Below are positions 36,165 through 49,579 of a stretch of DNA of 64,000 nucleotides, piece by piece. The translations under genes were made by a program, and so were the position numbers. The notes under the pieces were generated by a model. That model saw only the letters and a list, made by a program, of their open reading frames with translations, had not been told where the DNA came from and ran no database searches. Source of the stretch: Mobula hypostoma (lineage: Eukaryota); the NCBI RefSeq assembly GCF_963921235.1, contig NC_086101.1:1612001-1676000 (forward strand), read 5' to 3'. Positions within the stretch are counted from its first letter, which is position 1. Each line of letters opens with the position of its first letter.

Positions 36165-38280
36165 TGCACGAGAATGATTTTGAGAATGACATGGTTAACA
36201 TATGAGGAGAATCTGATGGCTCTGGACCTGAATTCGCTGGACTTTTAGAAGAATGAGGGGTTGTAACCAATTTTAAATAGATGATTTGAATTTCAATAGA
36301 TCATTGAAACCCAATGGATATTGAAAAGCCTAGATAGAGTGGATGTGGAGAGGATATTTTCTATAGTGGAGGAGTTTAGGACCAGAAGGCACAGCATTAG
36401 AATAAAGAACAGAGATGAGGAGAAATTTCTTTAGCCACAGTTTATGTGAAGAACAAGAGGATGAGTCGTGTGAGAATAGGACCAGTCAGGTGCGATACTG
36501 GAAACGTGTGCATGGAGTCGGAGGAGGAAGCGGAGGTACTTAATGAATACTTTGCTTCAGTATTCACCAGGGAAAAAGATCTTGGCAATTGTGGGGATGA
36601 CTTACAGCGGACTGAAACACTTGAGCATATAAACATTAAGAAAGAGGATGTGCTGGAGCTTTTGGTAAACATGAAGTTACATAAGTCACTGGGACTGGAT
36701 AAGATATGCCCCAGCCTATTGTGGGAAGTGAGGGAGGAGATTGCTGAGTCTCATGATGATCTTTGCATCATATAGGGACGGGAAAGTACCGGAGGATTGG
36801 AGGGTTGCTCCAATTGTTCAATTGTTGTTCCCTTGTTCAAGAAAGGGAGTAGAGATAACGCAGGAAATTATAGATCAGTGAGCCTGACCTCAGTGGTGGG
36901 CAAGTTGTTGGAAAAGATCCTGAGAGGCAGGATTTATGAGCATTTGTAGATAGTCAACATGGCATTGCCAAGGGCAGGCCGTTCCCTATGAGCCTGATTG
37001 AATTTTCTGAGGATGTTACAAAACACATCCTCATGTTTGTAGATAGTTTGTATTCTGCATGGAGGTCAGTGACCGGTGGAGTGCCTCAGGGATCTGCTCT
37101 GCGGCCCCTACTCTTTGTGATTTTTATAAATGACCTGGATGAGGAAGTGGAGGGATGGGTTAGTAAATTTGCTGATGACACGAAGGTTGGGGGTGTTGTG
37201 GATAGTCTGGAGGGTTGTCAGCGGTTACAGTGGAACATCGATAGGATCCAGAACTGGGCTGAGAAGTGGCAGATGGACTTCAACCCAGATAAGTGTGAAG
37301 TGGTTCATTTTGGTAGGTCAAATTGAAGACAGAATATAATATAAATGGTAAGACTCTTGGCAGTGGGATAGATCTGAGAGATCTTGGGGTCTGTGTCACT
37401 AGGACTCTCAAAGCTGCTGTGTAGGTTGATAGAGCTGTTAAGAAGACGTATGGTGTGTTGGCATTCATCAACCATGAGATTGTGTTCAAAAGCCATGAGG
37501 TAATGTTACAGCTATGTAAGACCTTGGTCAGACCGCACTTGGAGTACTGTGTTCCGTTCTGGTCACCTGACTACAGGAAGGATGTGGATGCTATAGGGTG
37601 CAGAGGAGATTTACAAGGATTTTGCCTGGATTGGGGAGCATACCTTATGAAAATAGCCTGAGTGAACTCGGCCTTTTCTCCTCGGAGCAACAGAAGATGA
37701 GAGGTGACCTGATAGAGGTGTATAAGATGATGAGAGGCATTGATCATTTGGATAGTCAGAGGCTTTTTCCTAGGGCTGAAATGGCTAACAGGAGGGGGTA
37801 TCGTTTTAAGATGCTTGGAAATTGGTACTGAGGGGATGTCAGGGGTAAGTTTTTCACACGGAGAGTGAGTGCATGGAATGCATTGCTAGCAACGGTGGTG
37901 GAGGTGGATACAATAGGGTCTTTTAAGAGACTTCTGGATAGGTACATGGAGCTTAGACAATTAGAGGGTTACGTGCTAGGGAAATTCTAGGCAGTCTGTA
38001 GAGTAGGTTACATAGTTGGCACAACATTGTGGTCCAAAGGGCCTGCAATGTGCTGTAAATTTCTATGTTGTATGTTCTATGTTCAGCTGTCTGTGAAGGC
38101 CAAGTCATTGAGTATATTTAAAGCAGAGATTGATAGTTTCTTGATTAGTCAGGGCATTAAAGGTTCCGGGGAGAAGGCCAGAGAATGGGTTTGTGAAGGA
38201 TAATATATCAGTCATGATGGACTGGTGGAGGAGACTCGATGGGCTGAATGGCCTAATTCTGCTTCTGTATTGTATGGTCC
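36165..38280 (+). mobile_element. Nested CR1 fragments
   Basis: EVLNEYFASVFT, GGVPQGSAL, FADDTKVGG and HLEYCVPFWSP; tail ttctatgtt. Confidence 0.88.
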
Positions 38281-38565
38281 TTTACTCAGGCAGGAAGTGA
38301 GCCTAAATTCACCCTGTCTGCACCATGTGGTGAGAATGTCCTCAACAAAGTACACCTTGCCTGTAGACAACCAGGCTAACCACCCAACTGTAGTTCAGTA
38401 CTGTATTCCAGCAGATTTTAATTATGTCTCTGCATTACCTGCACAACCTCCAGGTGGACTTGGACCTGCTCTGGCTCCAAGACAGGGAAGCTTATAGTTA
38501 ACGTTGAAAAGCAAATCCTGTTTTGACATGTTGTTAATCATTTCATTCTCATCTGCTTCATCCAG

Positions 38566-38694
38566 ATTTCTCCATCCCATACAAGATTATCGACGGGCTT
38601 GGGCTTTTTCTGGTGATAGCTATGATAATTTATATTCTCGTGCTTTACCTGCATCCTGAAACTAAGCTCCAAAGATCATTCTTGATAAAGACCA
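38566..38694 (+). CDS. Ig/5TM receptor exon 6: TM3 (DFSIPYKIIDGLGLFLVIAMIIYILVLYLHPETKLQRSFLIKT)
   Basis: Acceptor ctgcttcatccag|; donor A|gtaagt; 129 nt, phase 1-1; lies in a TE-free island. Confidence 0.85.
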
Positions 38695-39689
38695 GTAAGT
38701 CCAAACAACTATATTTTGTGATTTTCTTTCTGATTTCTTTCTTTGAACATATGGGAATTCTGGCTCTGAAGTTTCAGCCAGATCAGAGATAGCTTTTGGT
38801 ACCTGCTGGCACTTGGATAAAATATCTTACAAACTATCTCTAGTTTGAAAAAGACATTGGATTGTTGTCTTCAGATTGTGTGGGTCAATTAATAGATGAA
38901 AAAGTGCAATAATCATAAAATCAGGATGACAAGAGTGGCCAACAGATTGTTTGAGAAGGTTTACAAAACTAAGAAATAATGCCCAAGTCAGAATGACATG
39001 TGGCCAATGGATTGAGAAAGTTTCCAAGCACTTGTCACTCTTGTTTTTGTTCGTGAGGCTGAATTGCGCAGTATGGTAACTACGGTAACTTGCTGCATAA
39101 AAGGGTGGAGGTGTGGAGATTCTGTCCGTTGCTGAAACACCAAGATAAATACGTTTTGCCAAGCATTTGTGCAAGTTAGCCAGTGTTTATAAGTGAGTTG
39201 CAAATGGGACCCTGCATGGGGCATTACCCGATAGTGGAAAACTGAATTTACAGAAATTAAATTTATTCAAGGATTTGGGGCATCATGAGTAAGGCCACAG
39301 CTCATAATTTCCCTCCCACAGCAACAACAATACTTCAAACTCTTTCATTAAGTTTCTCAGATGCAATACAAATCTTTAAGAGACATTTAGACTGGCTCTT
39401 GAATGGGCAAGGCATGCAGGAAACAGACGATGTAGACAGATAGGATCAGTGCAGACAGGCAGAAAAGTTAGTAAAGATATGATGGGCTGAAGGGCCCCAT
39501 TTTGTGCTCTGCAAGCCTTTCTCCATGTAAATGCACATACCCTGTTGAAAAGGACTATGAATGGTCAAACAAGCAGAAATTCCAGACAGTTCCATTACTA
39601 AATAATTAGTTAAATTGCCAGGGTGGTGGAGTGTGCAAGCATGATGTGTGTACATTCCTGAATCATGCTCTCAAATGTAATCTCCACAG

Positions 39690-39770
39690 ATCATCGTTAT
39701 TTTTTCCTGGTGTATGGGGGCTTATCAGTGGTTATTTCCGCAGCACCAATTTACAGAGGACACAACAACA
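39690..39770 (+). CDS. Ig/5TM receptor exon 7: TM4 (NHRYFFLVYGGLSVVISAAPIYRGHNN)
   Basis: Acceptor tctccacag|; donor A|gtgagt; 81 nt, phase 1-1. Confidence 0.8.
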
Positions 39771-39874
39771 GTGAGTATTAATGGTGTGAATGGGAACAAC
39801 ACAAGTAATGATAGTACAGTATTGTAGTAATCAGGTTTACTGTTAGAACAGTGCAAAAGAGTTGCATCCATTCT

Positions 39875-40700
39875 TTTTAAAGGTTTCAAAGGTACATTTA
39901 ATGTCAGAGAAATGTATACAATATACATGCCGAAATTCTTTTTTTTTCCACAATTATCCACAAAAAAACAGAGGAATGCCCCAAAGAATGAATGACCGTT
40001 AAAAGTCAAAAGCCCAAAACCACCCCCCCAGCTCCCCCCATGTGTAGGCAGCAGCAAAGCAACGATCCCTACCCCCCCCCACTAGCAAAAGAAAGCATCA
40101 AGCACTCAAGCATGCAGCAAAGCATTAATAAAGACACACACTTAGAGTATCCCAAAGATTACTCGTTCACCTGGTGTTCGACATACGACAGACTCTCTCT
40201 CTCCCCCTAATGAGGGAGAAAGAGGTGTCTCAGTTTGAGAGTGAGAGGGGAGACATAACAAGCAACTCGCTGATTTACGATGTTAAAAGTCTGATGCGTC
40301 ACTTTTTCTGGGCTCTGTGCCCAAAGAACGCGGGTCTCTGGGCACACAGCCAGCAGCCAACTTGCTGCTTTCGATCTTCCGTCTCCCACAACAGATGGAT
40401 TTCCTGAGGAGGCACCGACCTCGAGTCCGCCTGCCACCAGAGCCACAAAATCCCAGAACCCGGAAGGTGTGCTAGTCTCCTAGGCCGCGTCCTTATGTCG
40501 ACTAGAGGCCAGTCGTCAGGCCCTGAGAGCAAGTCCCATTCCCGCAAAGAACCGAAGTCAGCGTGTAACTCCAGGTCAGGGTCTTCAAGAGAACTCTGAA
40601 AGGGAAAAATAGAGATATTACAGATAGAAATAGAGCTGTTTCCAAAGATGCAAGCAAAGGAGTTGCTGTTCGGTGCCATTGTCTCCTAAGCTGCACCCCT
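39875..40700 (-). mobile_element. ~0.8-kb non-coding retroposon, copy 2
   Basis: Collinear with 33790-34605. Confidence 0.7.
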
Positions 40701-41140
40701 AACAAAAGAACAGTTCCCTTCACCAATGCATGAGCCATCGTCAACCACGTCTCTGAGTGTGTGATACTGGAACTGCTCTTTGGGAATGAGACTGGGCAGG
40801 TGACAGAAGTTGCATCCAGTCACCACAATGCCTTTACTTTTAAAGTAGAGAGATCCTAGATTGGAGAAAGGCCAATTTTGATGTTATCAGAAATGATCTG
40901 GCACGTGTGGATTTGGACAGGCTATCTTCTGGCAAAGATGTACTTGGTAAATGGGAGGCATTCAAAAGTGAAATTCAGAGAGTATAAAGCTTGTTTATGT
41001 CTGTCAGAGGCAAAAATAACAAGTGTAGGGAACCGTAGTTTTCAAGAGATATTAAGGCCTCACTTAAGAGAAAAAAGGAGATGCAGAGCAAGTTTAAAAC
41101 TTTGCCCAGCGAACATCGGAAGTTTTACAAAGAACATAGA

Positions 41141-42305
41141 ACATAGAAACATAGAAAATAGGTGCAGGAGTAGGCCATTTGGCCCTTCGAACCTGCACCG
41201 CCATTTATTATGATCATGGCTGATCCTCCAACTCAGAACCCCGCCCCAGCCTTCCCTCCATACCCCCTGACCCCCGTAGTCACAAGGGCCATATCTAACT
41301 CCCTCTTAAATATAGCCAATGAACTGGCCTCAACTGTTTCCTGTGGCAGAGAATTCCACAGATTCACCACTCTCTGTGTGAAGAAGTTTTTCCTAATCTC
41401 GGTCCTAAAAGGCTTCCCCTTTATCCTCAAACTGTGACCCCTCGTTCTGGACCTCCCCAACATCGGGAACAATCTTCCTGCATCTAGCCTGTCCAAACCC
41501 TTTAGGGTTTTATACGTTTCAATCAGATCCCCCCTCAATCTTCTAAATTCCAACGAGTATAAACTTAGTTCATCCAGTCTTTCATCATATGAAAGTCCTG
41601 CCATCCCAGGAATCAATCTGGTGAACAACAGGAATTCTGCAGATGCTGGAAATTCAAGCGACACACATCAAAGTTGCTGGTGAACGCAGCAGGCCAGGCA
41701 GCATCTGTAGGAAGAGGTGCAGTCGACGTTTCAGGCCGAGACCCTTCGTCAGGACTAACTGAAGGAAGAGTGAGCAAGGGATTTGAAAGTGGGAGGGGGA
41801 GATCCAAAAGAACAAAGAAGGTTCACCAGATTGATTCCTGGGATGGCAGGACTTTCATATGAAGAAAGACTGGATGAACTAGGCTTGTACTCATTGGAAT
41901 TTAGAAGATTGAGGGGGGATCTGATTGAAACGTATAAAATCCTAAAGGGATTGGACAGGCTAGATGCAGGAAGATTGTTCCCGATGTTGGGGAAGTCCAG
42001 AACGAGGGGTCACAGTTTGTGGATAAAGGGGAAGCCTTTTAGGACTGAGATTAAGAAAAACTTCTTCACACAGAGAGTGGTGAATCTGTGGAATTCTCTG
42101 CCACAGGAAACAGTTGAGGCCGGTTCATTGGCTATATTTAAGAGGGAGTTAGATATGGCCCTTGTGGCTACGGGGATCAGGGGGTATGGAGGGAAGGCTG
42201 GTGCAGGGTTCTGAGTTGGATGATCAGCCATGATCATAATAAATGGCGGTGCAGGCTCAAAGGGCCGAATGGCCTACTCCTGCACCTATTTTCTATGTTT
42301 CTATG
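41141..42305. repeat. Inverted pair of CR1 3' ends (~485-bp arms) around a Penelope-terminus spacer
   Basis: 41141-41626 is the near-identical reverse complement of 41821-42305; the ORFs 41233-41664(-) and 41783-42214(+) share almost the same peptide. Confidence 0.92.
41721..41756 (-). ncRNA. Minimal type I hammerhead ribozyme (Penelope-associated)
   Basis: - strand reads AGUC CUGACGA AGG-GUCUCGG-CCU GAAA CG UC GACU: intact core, stem I AGUC/GACU, stem II AGG/CCU, palindromic ACGU in place of stem III. Confidence 0.8.
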
Positions 42306-44180
42306 CCTTCTAACAACACTGCGCAGCACTTTGAGTGTCCTATGGACATGCACCCCAAGATCTCGCTAGAGCTCCACACTGCCAAGACTCTAATATTATA
42401 TTCTGTCTTCATATTTGTCCTACCAAAATGAACCACTTCACACATATCTGGGTTGAACTCCATCTGGCACTTCTTAGCCCAGTTCTGCATCCTATCGATG
42501 TCCCGCTGTAACCTCTGACAACCTCCAGACTATCCACAACACCCCCAACTTTTGTGTCATCAGCGAACTTACTAACTCACCCTTCTACTTCCTCATCCAG
42601 GTTCATTTATAAAAATCACAGAGAGGTGGGATCCCAGAACACCACTGGTCACCGTCCTTCCATGCTGAATATGGACCATCTACAACCACCCTTTGCCTTC
42701 TGTGTGCAAGCTAATTCTGGATCTACAGAGCAAGGTCTCCTTGGATCCCATGCCTCAATACTTTCTGAATGAGCCTTGCATGGGGAACCTTATCAAATGC
42801 CTTACTGAAATCCATATACACTACATCTACTGCTCGACCTTCATCAATGTGTTTTGTTACATCCTCAAAGAATTCAATCAGATTTGTCAGGCGTGACCTG
42901 CCCTTGACAAAGCCATGCTGACTATCCCTCATCCAATCAGGGTTTCCACTCTCCCACCTTGTTTACAATTAAATTCCAGTCCTTACTTAGAGCAAGACCT
43001 TCATCTCAGTTAAAATTCTTTTCCTCCAGTTTTACTTCAATGGCTTCCTTCATCAGGGGGCCCCAAGAGCCATTGGCGCTTCGACCAGATGGACTACATT
43101 CCAGAGTCCTGAAAGGTTGCTGAAGAGATGGCAATGCATTGGTCATGATCTTTCAAGTTTCACTTGATTTGGGCATGGTCCCACAGAACTGGAAGATTGC
43201 AAATGTCACACCACTCTTAAAGAAGGGAGGAAGGCAGAAGAAAGGAAATTATAGGCCAGTTAGCCCAACCTCAGTGGTTGGGAAAGTGTTAGAGTCTATT
43301 ATTGAGGACGATGTTTCAAGGTACTTGGACAATAATGACAAAATAAGTCAAAGTCAGCATTGTTTCTGTAAAGGGAAATCTTGCCTGACAAACTTGTTAG
43401 AGATCTTTGAGGAAGTAACAAGCAGGGTGGACAAAGGAGAGGCAGGGGATGCCAAACATTTAGATTTTCAGAAGGCATTTGATAAGGTGCCACACATGAA
43501 GCCACTTAACAAGATAAAATCTTATGGCGTTACAGGAGAGATACTGGCATGGATAGAAGATGGCCGACAGGCAGGAGGCAGCGAGTGGCAATAAAAGTGG
43601 CCTTTTTTGGTTGGCTGCCAGTGACTAGTGGTGTTCTTCAGGGGTCAGTACTGGGACCGCTACTTTTCACTTTGTTTGTCAATGATTTAGATCATGGAAT
43701 TGATGGCTTTGTGGCAAAGCTTTTGGCTTGTATGAAGATAGGTGGAAGGGTAGGTAGGGCTGAAGAATTATGATTACAGCAGGACTTAGACAAATTGGAA
43801 GAATGGGCAAAAAAGTGGCAGATAAAATATGTTGGGAAATGTAAGTTAATGCAGTTTGATAAAAGAAACAATAGTGTGGATTATTAACTAAATGGGGAGA
43901 ATATTCAAACATCAGTGGTGCAGAGGGTCCTGTGCAAGAAGGTTAATTTACCGTTTAAGTCTGTGGTAAAGAAGGCAAATACAATGTTGGCCATTTATTT
44001 CTAGGGAAATAGAATATAAAAGCAAGGGGATAATGCTGAGCCTTTATAAGACACTAGTCAGGCTGCGTTTGGAGTATTGTCAACAGTTTTGGGCCCCATG
44101 TCTCAGAAAGGATGTGTTGTCATTGGAGAGAGTCCAGAGAAGGTTCACAAGGATGATTCTGTGAATGAAGAGATTAATAC
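42306..44180. mobile_element. Degenerate CR1 RT fragments (- at 42306-42935; + at 43085-44180)
   Basis: MDFSKAFDKVPH and DFQKAFDKVPH motifs. Confidence 0.85.
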
Positions 44181-44229
44181 TTCATTAAAACTTGTGTGGA
44201 TGAGTGTGTGCCCACAAAGACTTACCTGT

Positions 44230-47200
44230 CTTGTATCGGAAGGATAGGAAGGTAGGCAGAGGGGGAGGTGTGGCTTTATTGGTAAGAAATTATATTAAAT
44301 CATTAGAAAGAGGTGATATAGGATTGGAAGGTGCAGAATCTTTATGGGTTGAGCTAAGAAATCACAGGGGTAAAAGGACCCTGGTAGCAGTTATTTATAG
44401 GCCTCCAAACAGCTGCAGTGATGTGGACTACAAATTACAACAGGAAATAGAAAAGGCTTGTCAGAAGGGCAGTGTTATGATAATTGTGGGGAATTTTAAC
44501 ATGCGAGTGGATTGGGAAAATCAGGTCGGCACTGGATCTCAAGAGAGAGAATTTGTAGAATGTCTGCGAGATGGCTTTTTAGAACAGCTTGTTGTTGAGC
44601 CCACTAGGGGATTGGCTGTACTGGATTGGGTATTGTGTAATGAACTGGAGGTGATTAGAGAGATTGAGGTGAAGGAACCCTTAGGAGACAGTGATCATAA
44701 CATGATTGAGTTCACTGTGAAATTTGAAAAAGAGAAGCCGAAATCTGATGTGTCGGTATTTCAGTGGAGTAAAGGAAATTACAGTGGCATGAAAGAGGAA
44801 CTGGCCAAAGTTGACTGGAAAGAGACACTGGCGGGAAAGACGGCAGAGCAGCAGTGGCTGGAGTTTATGCGAGAAGTGAGGAAGGTGCAAGACAGGTATA
44901 TTCCAAAAAAGAAGAAATTTTCGAATGGAAAAAGGATGCAACCGTGGTTGACAAGAGAAGTCAAAGCCAAAGTTAAAGCAAAGGAGAGGGCATACAAGGA
45001 AGTGAAAATTAGTGGGAAGACAGAGGATTGGGAAGTTTTTAAAAGCTTACAAAAGGAAACTAAGAAGATCATTAAGAGGGAAAAGATTAACTATGAAAGG
45101 AAGCTAGCAAATAATATCAAAGAGGATACTAAAAGCTTTTTCAAATATATAAAGAGTAAAAGACAGGTGAGAGTAGATATAGGGCCGATAGAAAATGATA
45201 CTGGAGAAATTGTAATGGGAGATAAGGAGATGGCAGAGGAACTGAACGAGTATTTTGCATAAGTCTTCACTGAGGGAGATATCAGCAGTGTACCAGACAC
45301 TCAAGGGTGGCAGGGAAGAGAAGTGTGCGCAGTCACAATTACGACAGAGAAAGTACTCAGGAAGCTGAATAGTCTAAAGGTAGATAAATCTCCCGGACCA
45401 GATGGAATGCACCCTCGTGTTCTGAAGGAAGTAGCTGTGGAGATTGTGGGGACATTAGCGATGATCTTTCAAAAGTCAATAGATTCTGGCATGGTTCCGG
45501 AGGACTGGAAGATTGTAAATGTCACTCCACTATTTAAGGGTGAGGGGGGAAAAGTTTAAAGGGAACATTAGCGGGGGTTTCTTCACATAGAGAGTGGTGG
45601 GAGTATGGAATGAGCTGCCAGACGAGGTGGTAAATGCGGGTTGTTTTTTAACATTTAAGAATAAATTGGACAGATACATGGATGGGAGGTGTATGGAGGG
45701 ATATGGTCCGTGTGCAGGTCAGTGGGACTAGGCAGAAAATGGTTCGGCACAGCCAAGAAGGGCCAAAAGGCCTGTTTCTGTGTTGTAGTTTTTCTATGGT
45801 TTAAGAAGGGGGCAAGGAAGCAAAAAGGAAATTATAGACCTGTTAGCTTGACATCGGTGGTTAGGAAGTTGTTGGAGTCAATTGTCAAGGATGAGGTTAC
45901 AGAGTACCTGGAGGCATATGACAAGATAGGCAGAACTCAGCATGGATTCCTTAAAGGAAAATCCTGCCTGACAAACCTATTACAATTTTTTGAGGAAATT
46001 ACAAGTAGGCTAGACAAGGGAAATGCAGTGGATATTGTATATTTGGATTTTCAGAAGGCCTTTGACAAGGTGCCACACATGAGGCTACTTAACAAGATAA
46101 GAGCCCATGGAATTACGGGAAAGTTACATATGTGGATAGAGCGTTGGCTGATTGGCAGGAAACAGAGAGTGGGAATAAAGGGATCCTATTCTGGTTGGCT
46201 GCCGGTTACCAGTGGTTTTCCACAGGAATCAGTGTTGGGGCCACTTCTTTTTACATTGTACATCAACGATTTGGATTATGGAATAGATGGCTTTGTGGCT
46301 AAGTTTGCATACAATACGAAGATAGGTGGAGGGGCCGGTAGTGCTGAGGAAATGGAGAGTCTGCAGAGAGACTTGGATAGATTGGAAGAATGGGCAAAGA
46401 AATAGCAAATGAAATACAATGTTGGAAAGTGTATGGTTATGCACTTTGGCAGAAGAAATAAACGGGCAGACTATTATTTAAATGGGGAAATAATTCGAAG
46501 TTCTGAGATGCAACGGGACTTGGGAGTCCTCGTGCAGGATACCCTTAAAGTTAACCTCCAGGTTGAGTCGGTGGTGAAGAAGGCGAATGCAATGTTGGCA
46601 TTCATTTCTAGAGGAATAGAGTATAGGAGCAGGGATGTGATGTTGAGGCTCTATTAGGCGCTGGTGAGACCTCACTTGGAGTACTGTGGGCAGTTTTGGT
46701 CTCCGTATTTAAGAAAGGATGTGCTGACATTGGAGAGGGTACAGAGAAGATTCACTAGAATGGTTTCGGGATTGAGAGGGTTAACATATGAGAAACATTT
46801 GTCCGCTCTTGTATTCCTTGGAGTTTAGAAGAATGAGGGGAGACCTCATAGAAACATTTCAAATGTTGAAAGGCATGGACAGAGTGGATGTGGCAAAGTT
46901 GTTTCCCATGATGGGGGAGTCTAGTACGATGGGCATGACTTAAGGATTGAAGAGCGCCCATTCAGAACAGAATTGCAAAGAAATTTTTTTAGTCAGAGGG
47001 TGGTGAATCTATGGAATTTGTTGCCATGGATGGCAGTGGAGGCCAAGTCATTGGGTGTATTTAAGGCAGAGATTGATAGGTATCTGAGCAGCCAAGGCAT
47101 CAAAGGTTATGGTGAGAAGGCAGGGCAGTGGGACTAAATGGGAGAATGGATCAGCTCGTGATAAAATGGCGGAGCAGACTCGATGGGCCGAATAGTCGAC

Positions 47201-47233
47201 TTCTACTCCTTTGTCTTATGGTCTTATGGTCTT
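44230..47233 (+). mobile_element. Young 5'-truncated CR1 ORF2 copy with few stops, containing a nested CR1 3' fragment (~45538-45799)
   Basis: ORFs 44204-45262, 45323-45559, 45689-46405 and 46409-46657; tail (ttatggtc)n. Confidence 0.92.
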
Positions 47234-47234
47234 A

Positions 47235-48465
47235 AACCAAAAGCCCTGGATGAACCAGGAGGTACGTCATCTGCTGAAGACTAGATCTGTGGCATTCAAG
47301 TCTGGCAACCCAGGCCTGTGCCAGAAAACCAGGTACAGTGATGAAATGCTTTGCGAAGTTGGTCGTGACTAGACTGAACTCCTGCCTCGGCAAGGACCTG
47401 GACCCACTGCGTTTTGCCTACCGCTACAATAGGTCAACGGCAGACGCAATCTCAAATGTTCTCCACATGGCTTCAGACCACCTGGGCAACACAAACACCT
47501 GTGTCAGGATGCTGTTCATTGACCGTAGCTCAGCTTTTAATACCATCATTCCCACAATCCTGGTAGAAAAGTTGCAGAACCTGGGCATCTGTACCTCCCT
47601 CTGCAATTGGATCCTCGACTTCCTAACCAGAAGACCACAATCTGTGCGGATTTGTGATAATATATCCTCCTCGTTCACGATCAACACTGGTGCACCTCAG
47701 GGGTGCGTGCTTAGCCCACTGCTCTGCTCTCTATATACGCATGACTATGTGGCTAGGCATAGCTCAAATACCATCTATAAACTTGTTGACGATACAACCA
47801 TTGTTGGTAGAATCTCAGGTGGTGACGAGAGGGCCTACAGGAGTGAGATATGCCAATAGTGGAGTGGTGTCGCAGCAAAAACCTGACGCCAGTAAGGCGA
47901 AAGATGATTGTGGACTTCAGGAAGGGTCAGGAATACCAATCCTCAGAGGGATCAGAAGTGGAGAGAGTGTGCAGCTTCAAGTTCCTGGGTGTCAAGATCT
48001 CTGAGGATCTAACCTGGTCCCAGCATATCGATGTAGTTATAAAGGCGGCAAGACAGCAGCTATACTTCATTAGGAGTTTGAAGAGATTAGGGATGTCAAC
48101 AAAAACACTCAAAAACTTCTGTAGATGTACCGTAGCGAGCATTCTGACAGGCTGCATCACTGTCTGGTATTGGGGGGCTACTGCACAGGACCGAAAAAAG
48201 CTGCAGAAGATTGTAAATCTAGTTAGCTCTATCTTGGGTATTAGCTACAAAGTACCCAGGACATCTTCAGGGAGTAGTGTCCATTATTAAGGACCTCCAG
48301 CACCCAGGGCATGCCCTTTTCTCACTGTTACCATCAGGTAGGAGGTACAGAAGCCTGAAGGCACACACTCAGCGATTCAGGAACAGCTTCTTCCCCTCTG
48401 CCATCCAATTCCTAAATGGACATTAAACCCTTGTACAATACCTCACTTTTTTTTCATATACAGTA
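47235..48465 (+). mobile_element. Rex1/Babar-type LINE RT remnant
   Basis: [37 protein letters not shown] and LVDDTTIVG. Confidence 0.9.
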
Positions 48466-49579
48466 TTTATGTTGCCTGGATTGGGGAACATGCCTTATGA
48501 GAATAGGTTGAGTGAACTCGGCCTTTTCTCCTTGGAGCGACAGAGGATGAGAGGTGACCTGATAGAGATGTATAAGATGATGAGAGGCATTGATCGTGTG
48601 GATAGTCAGAGGTTTTTTCCCAGGGCTGAAATGGTTGTCACAAGAGGATACAGGTTTAAGGTGCTGGGGAGTAGGTACAGAGGAGATGTCAGGGGTAAGT
48701 TTTTTACTCAGAGAGTGGTGAGTGCGTGGAATGGGCTGCTGGCAACTGTGGTGGAGTTGGATACGACAGAGTCTTTTAAGAGACATTTAGATAGGTACAT
48801 GGAGCTTAGTAAAATAGAGGGCTATGGGTAAGCCTAGTAATTTCTAAGGTCGGGACATGTTTGGCACAACTTTGTGGGCCAAAGGGCCTGTATTGTGCTG
48901 CAGGTTTTCTATGTTTCTGTTTTTTGCACATTTTCAATCTATTCAAAACATGTATACTGCAATTGATTTACTTATTATTATTTTTTATTTTATTTATTTA
49001 TTTTTCTCTTCTAGATTATGTATTGCATTGAACTGCTGCCTCTAGGTTAACAAATATCACGTCAAATGCCGGTGATAGTAAACCTGATTCTGATATGAGA
49101 AGCGCTTGGCAACTTTGGGCCTGTACTCAGTGCAATTTAGAAGAATGTGTAGGGATCTCATTGAGACCTACCAAATGTTGAAAGGACTAGACAGGGTGGA
49201 TGTGGAGAGGATGTTTCCTATGGTGGGAGTATCCAGAACTAGAGGGCACAGCCTCAAAATTGACCTATTAGAAAATGAGTAAGGGAATTTTTTTTTTTGC
49301 CAGAGTAGTGATGGTCTGCCGGAGACTGCGGTGGAGGCCAAGAACGTGGGTATATTTAAGGTGGAAGTTGGTCGTTTCCTGATCAGTTAGGACATTGAAG
49401 GATATAGTGAGAAAGCAGGTGTGAGGTTGAGTGGGATCTGGGATCAACCATGGTGGAATGGCAGAGCAAACTGGATGGGCTGAAAGGAGCAGAATAAGGC
49501 CAATGTCTTATGGTGTCATGGCAATCTCCTCAATCTCTGCTTCCCTTTATTCCTCTGGAATACTGATACATTTCAATTT

